Shown here piece by piece: positions 22,001-33,000 of a DNA stretch of 33,000 bases. This DNA is from Paragordius varius (taxonomy: Eukaryota; Animalia; Nematomorpha). Position numbers and translations under genes: made by a program. A model generated the notes under the pieces. That model was not told the origin of the DNA. It saw only the letters and a program-made list of their open reading frames with translations, and searched no databases. The stretch lies in NCBI GenBank assembly GCA_964247055.1, contig OZ176054.1, positions 2,170,001 to 2,203,000 on the forward strand, written 5' to 3'. The first letter of the stretch is position 1, and the number at the start of each line of letters is the position of its first letter.

Positions 22001-23278
22001 ACAATTTTTCTTATATTTTAACATTAATTTTGGTTATTTAAGGAAAACGTTATTTGCAGCCTAGGCTACTATCAAACTCTTTTTGATAAACAAAACACGG
22101 TATTTTTCAGTAATTTCAAATTTCTAATTACGGTAAAAATAACTAGAACCATTACATTATATAACTATAGATAAAATTTTTGCCTGTCTACTCAACATTT
22201 TTTAATTAACCCTAAATATAAGTATAAAACTTAATTTTATAATAAGAAAGTTTAATTTAATTGATAAGCCACATAATTTTCCATAATAGGGGTCAATAAA
22301 ATAGGGAATCCGTATATATTTAAAAAATTGGAGTTATATTTATAGAATTATCAAAATAAAAAATACCATATATGTGCCAAAGTTAATTGAGGTAAACTCG
22401 ATTGCAGAAATAAATTTCTACAGGTAAGACCATCAATTAATCCTGTTTCAGGATCACAAAGTTGGGCATAAGCCTTTTCCGAACTATCTGTCATCAGTTT
22501 AATGGGGGAAGTTTTGACGGTTTTAATATCACCAGAACTAAAAATGAAAATGTTTAAAAAATCAAAAAGATAATTATTTAATAAAAATTAAATATTATAA
22601 TTGAACGTGCAAAAGTATAAAGATAAAATTAGAAAAGCAAAAGACTAGGTTTTTTATCAAGAAACTATATTTTTAACCTTGATATGTTTGAAATCTAATA
22701 TATCGTTTTGGTAAATGCAAAATAATGAAAATGGGTGCAGTCAATTGTACAATAATGACATAAGTTATATAAATCAAACATAAATTATAATTAGTTTTTT
22801 CTAAATCTTTTTATGCATATTTAAGATTTTGTTGTAATATAAACCTTTGACTAGAGGTTGAAAATGACCGTTTTGACAAATCTGGGGTGGAAGTCAGCAA
22901 TTCTTTAGGAACTTCCTTGGGTAATGGACCAATTTTTGCTTTATTAATCAAAAACATAGACTAAGATAAAATTGTTTAGTACTTACAATATAAAACTCTT
23001 TCAAATTTAATGATCCATCCTTATCTAAGTCACTCATATCCCAAATTTGAGCCAAAGTTTCTAACGGAATATTTGTTTGAAGCATCATCTAAATTAAATT
23101 TTATTTTTTTTAACTGATGCAATTAAATTAGCAGTAATAAAAATACAAGATAAAAACCTCTTTGGCTTTAACGCCTGATAATAACCCGTTTTCGCTTATG
23201 TCATTAAAAATTGTTTCAATTTTATACCTTTCCTGTGATGACTGTAATTTAAGGTAAAAACGTATATACCTGTTGCAT
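19079..23278 (-). CDS. EPS15: Eps15/Eps15L1-like endocytic adaptor (~421 aa: two EH domains, coiled coil, two DPF motifs); exons (5'->3') 23278?-23270, 23241-23158, 23088-22987, 22960-22845, 22537-22367, 21955-21808, 21437-21340, 20817-~20665, 20323-20239, 19838-19668, 19347-19275, 19203-19175, 19105-19079
   Basis: EH-a: IFNDISENGLLSGVKAKE|MMLQTNIPLETLAQIWDMSDLDKDGSLNLKEFYI|SMFLI. EH-b: FLQSSLPQLTLAHIW|NICD....GALDKDHFKLAWFLIHQKV..IEPP, similar to Eps15 EH3. Then EKLDGGNEIVRLEKE (cf. Eps15 KELDTLNNEIVDLQRE), coiled-coil exons, EDPF and QDPFA*. Junctions are phase-consistent; the first exon and the 20665 donor are tentative. Confidence 0.85.
22961..22986 (-). other. 26-nt GT-AG intron inside an EH domain
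   Basis: Sequence gtaagtactaaacaattttatcttag. Retention frameshifts to a TGA; removal restores EF.i.M.LI of the EH fold. Confidence 0.92.
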
Positions 23279-23437
23279 ATTGCTTTGTCGACAAATCAAA
23301 TATTGATTTAATTAAAAGAGGTGGAGAAAAAGCCCTGAAATTCAAGTATTACACATTCATTAAACGGTATGTTGATTTTCGCAGTTTTACTCCGTTTCTC
23401 AAACTAGTAATTCGATAAAATTGATAATCAGGATAGA
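23279..23437. promoter_or_regulatory. Probable bidirectional promoter and 5' UTRs between EPS15-like (-) and SIRT1 (+)
   Basis: The inferred start codons are divergent and only 159 nt apart. No specific motif was assigned. Confidence 0.5.
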
Positions 23438-31675
<8,238 letters not shown>

Positions 31676-32293
31676 ATAAAAATCAAAAACAAAATATATA
31701 TATATCTTCAAATTTAACTAAATAGCCATATAATTAGTTTTGTGGAAAAAAATCAAATTATTTTATGGTGGAAAGAAGTAGTAATAAACTTATATTCTGA
31801 TTAATATTTTTTTTCTATGCACTTGCTTGAACCAATCAAATTATATGTAGTTGTTTAGTGTAAGATCATTCATTTATTTAGAAATATATTATTATTATAA
31901 CCATTATTGTTGTGTATATAATCAATTCGTATATTATATATACATATATAAAAATAAATTTAACCAATTATTAAACTTTCAGTAATACTTAAGTAGTTTG
32001 TATAATTTGATTATTATTTTACAACCTTGACCTGTATTAAATTAAAAATATAGAAAATTAAAAATAACCCAATATAGCTACCAATCTTTGATAATCTTTA
32101 AAAGAAAGCTGTTTTTTTTTCAAATTGCTTCTAAATTCATCAAACGATATTAAAAGTACATTAATATATTCTAGTATTTCACAATTCAAATTTAATTTTT
32201 AGAATGATAAATTCATAAAGTGCTATAATTCCTTCTAAGGTATAAAATAATTTAAACAGCGAAATACATTTTGTAAAGAGATTATATAATCGA

Positions 32294-32392
32294 TCATGAG
32301 ATTTGATAATAGCCATCAAGATAGCCTTCAATCAATAAATCTTTCATTGGAGTTTGATCACTAATGCTTTGACTAAATCCGTATAGCGCTGC
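32294..32392 (-). CDS. Possible terminal exon of an unidentified convergent gene (AALYGFSQSISDQTPMKDLLIEGYLDGYYQIS*)
   Basis: Good acceptor (ttctatag), a 33-codon frame and coding-like composition, but no homology recognised; another frame is also short and open. Confidence 0.25.
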   Translation of the reverse strand, partial: AALYGFSQSISDQTPMKDLLIEGYLDGYYQIS

Positions 32393-32595
32393 CTATAGAA
32401 TAAAAATTATAATTATAAAGATAAAAAAGTCATACAATAAAACTTGAAATTATAGAGACAAATGAAAAAACTAAGACAACCTTTTAAATTAATTATATTA
32501 TCAATTTGCATCTCTATTATTTATTTAGCCGCCCGAAAAAACGTAACTTATATCCAAAATTCAAGGAAAAATATATTTTTATAAAATATTGCCAT

Positions 32596-32854
32596 TTAAT
32601 ATTTATGTTTCGTTTTAATAATTTTAATATGGAAAATTCTGGCTTTGTGATCTGTTTCCGGAAAACCGGTAGACCCATTCAAATCCAAACTGAAAAAATA
32701 TAATCATTAATGAATGCCCCGACAATAGCTTGGCCTTTTTTGAATTAGGCTCCAGTTCGGACTCACCCCGTGTGAAAAACGGTTTTTTCAAAGCGGAAAT
32801 CCACAAAAATCGTGTCTTTTAAACAAATTTCCGGAGAACGTGTTGGTTCAATTT
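32596..32854 (-). CDS. Unidentified coding-like exons 32854-32767 and 32689-32596
   Basis: Acceptor catattag, strong donor gg|GTGAGT and acceptor ttttttcag are phase-consistent, giving EIEPTRSPEICLKDTIFVDFRFEKTVFHTG|LDLNGSTGFPETDHKARIFHIKIIKTKHKY*. GC is raised. No family recognised. Confidence 0.3.
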
Positions 32855-33000
32855 CTAATATGATTTTTGTTTACCTATTTCTAATTGCGCCGAACATCGT
32901 CGTCTCGCTTTTTTAATTTAGGTCCTCTTTTTACCCACTCCCCCCGTATTATGCCTTTTTTGCAAAAAACAAAATTCACAAAAATAATTTTTTAAAACTA

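Noticed and set aside
23242-23360. Alternative Eps15-like 5' model with 18- and 20-nt introns (MNV|AFSPPLLIKS...)
   Set aside because: It requires two even shorter introns and ignores the better CAG|GTATAT donor; there is no solid homology support.

Overview
Very AT-rich, intron-containing eukaryotic DNA from an invertebrate bilaterian (inferred from the tachykinin-type receptor and the gene set; the species cannot be named from sequence). The ORF track misses most of the genes because exons are short. Manual splicing gives five homology-supported genes: a 5'-truncated tachykinin-type GPCR (+, 444-5334), protein kish/TMEM167 (+, 8415-8658), a GARNL3-like RapGAP (+, ~13467-16897), a reduced Eps15-like EH protein (-, 19079-~23278) and SIRT1 (+, 23438-31675). 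There is also an orphan three-exon ORF (8014-8368) and an unidentified gene fragment at the right edge. The main signal is a set of ultra-short GT-AG introns of 21-28 nt (22 and 26 nt anchored by homology on both sides, 24 nt anchored on one side), alongside kb-sized transposon-filled introns, together with a strongly degenerate 5' splice-site consensus. Transposon content includes a four-copy TA-microsatellite-associated MITE, a 1.1-kb foldback palindrome, other TIR elements and decayed mariner copies. All alignments were done by eye from remembered family sequences; no database search was run.
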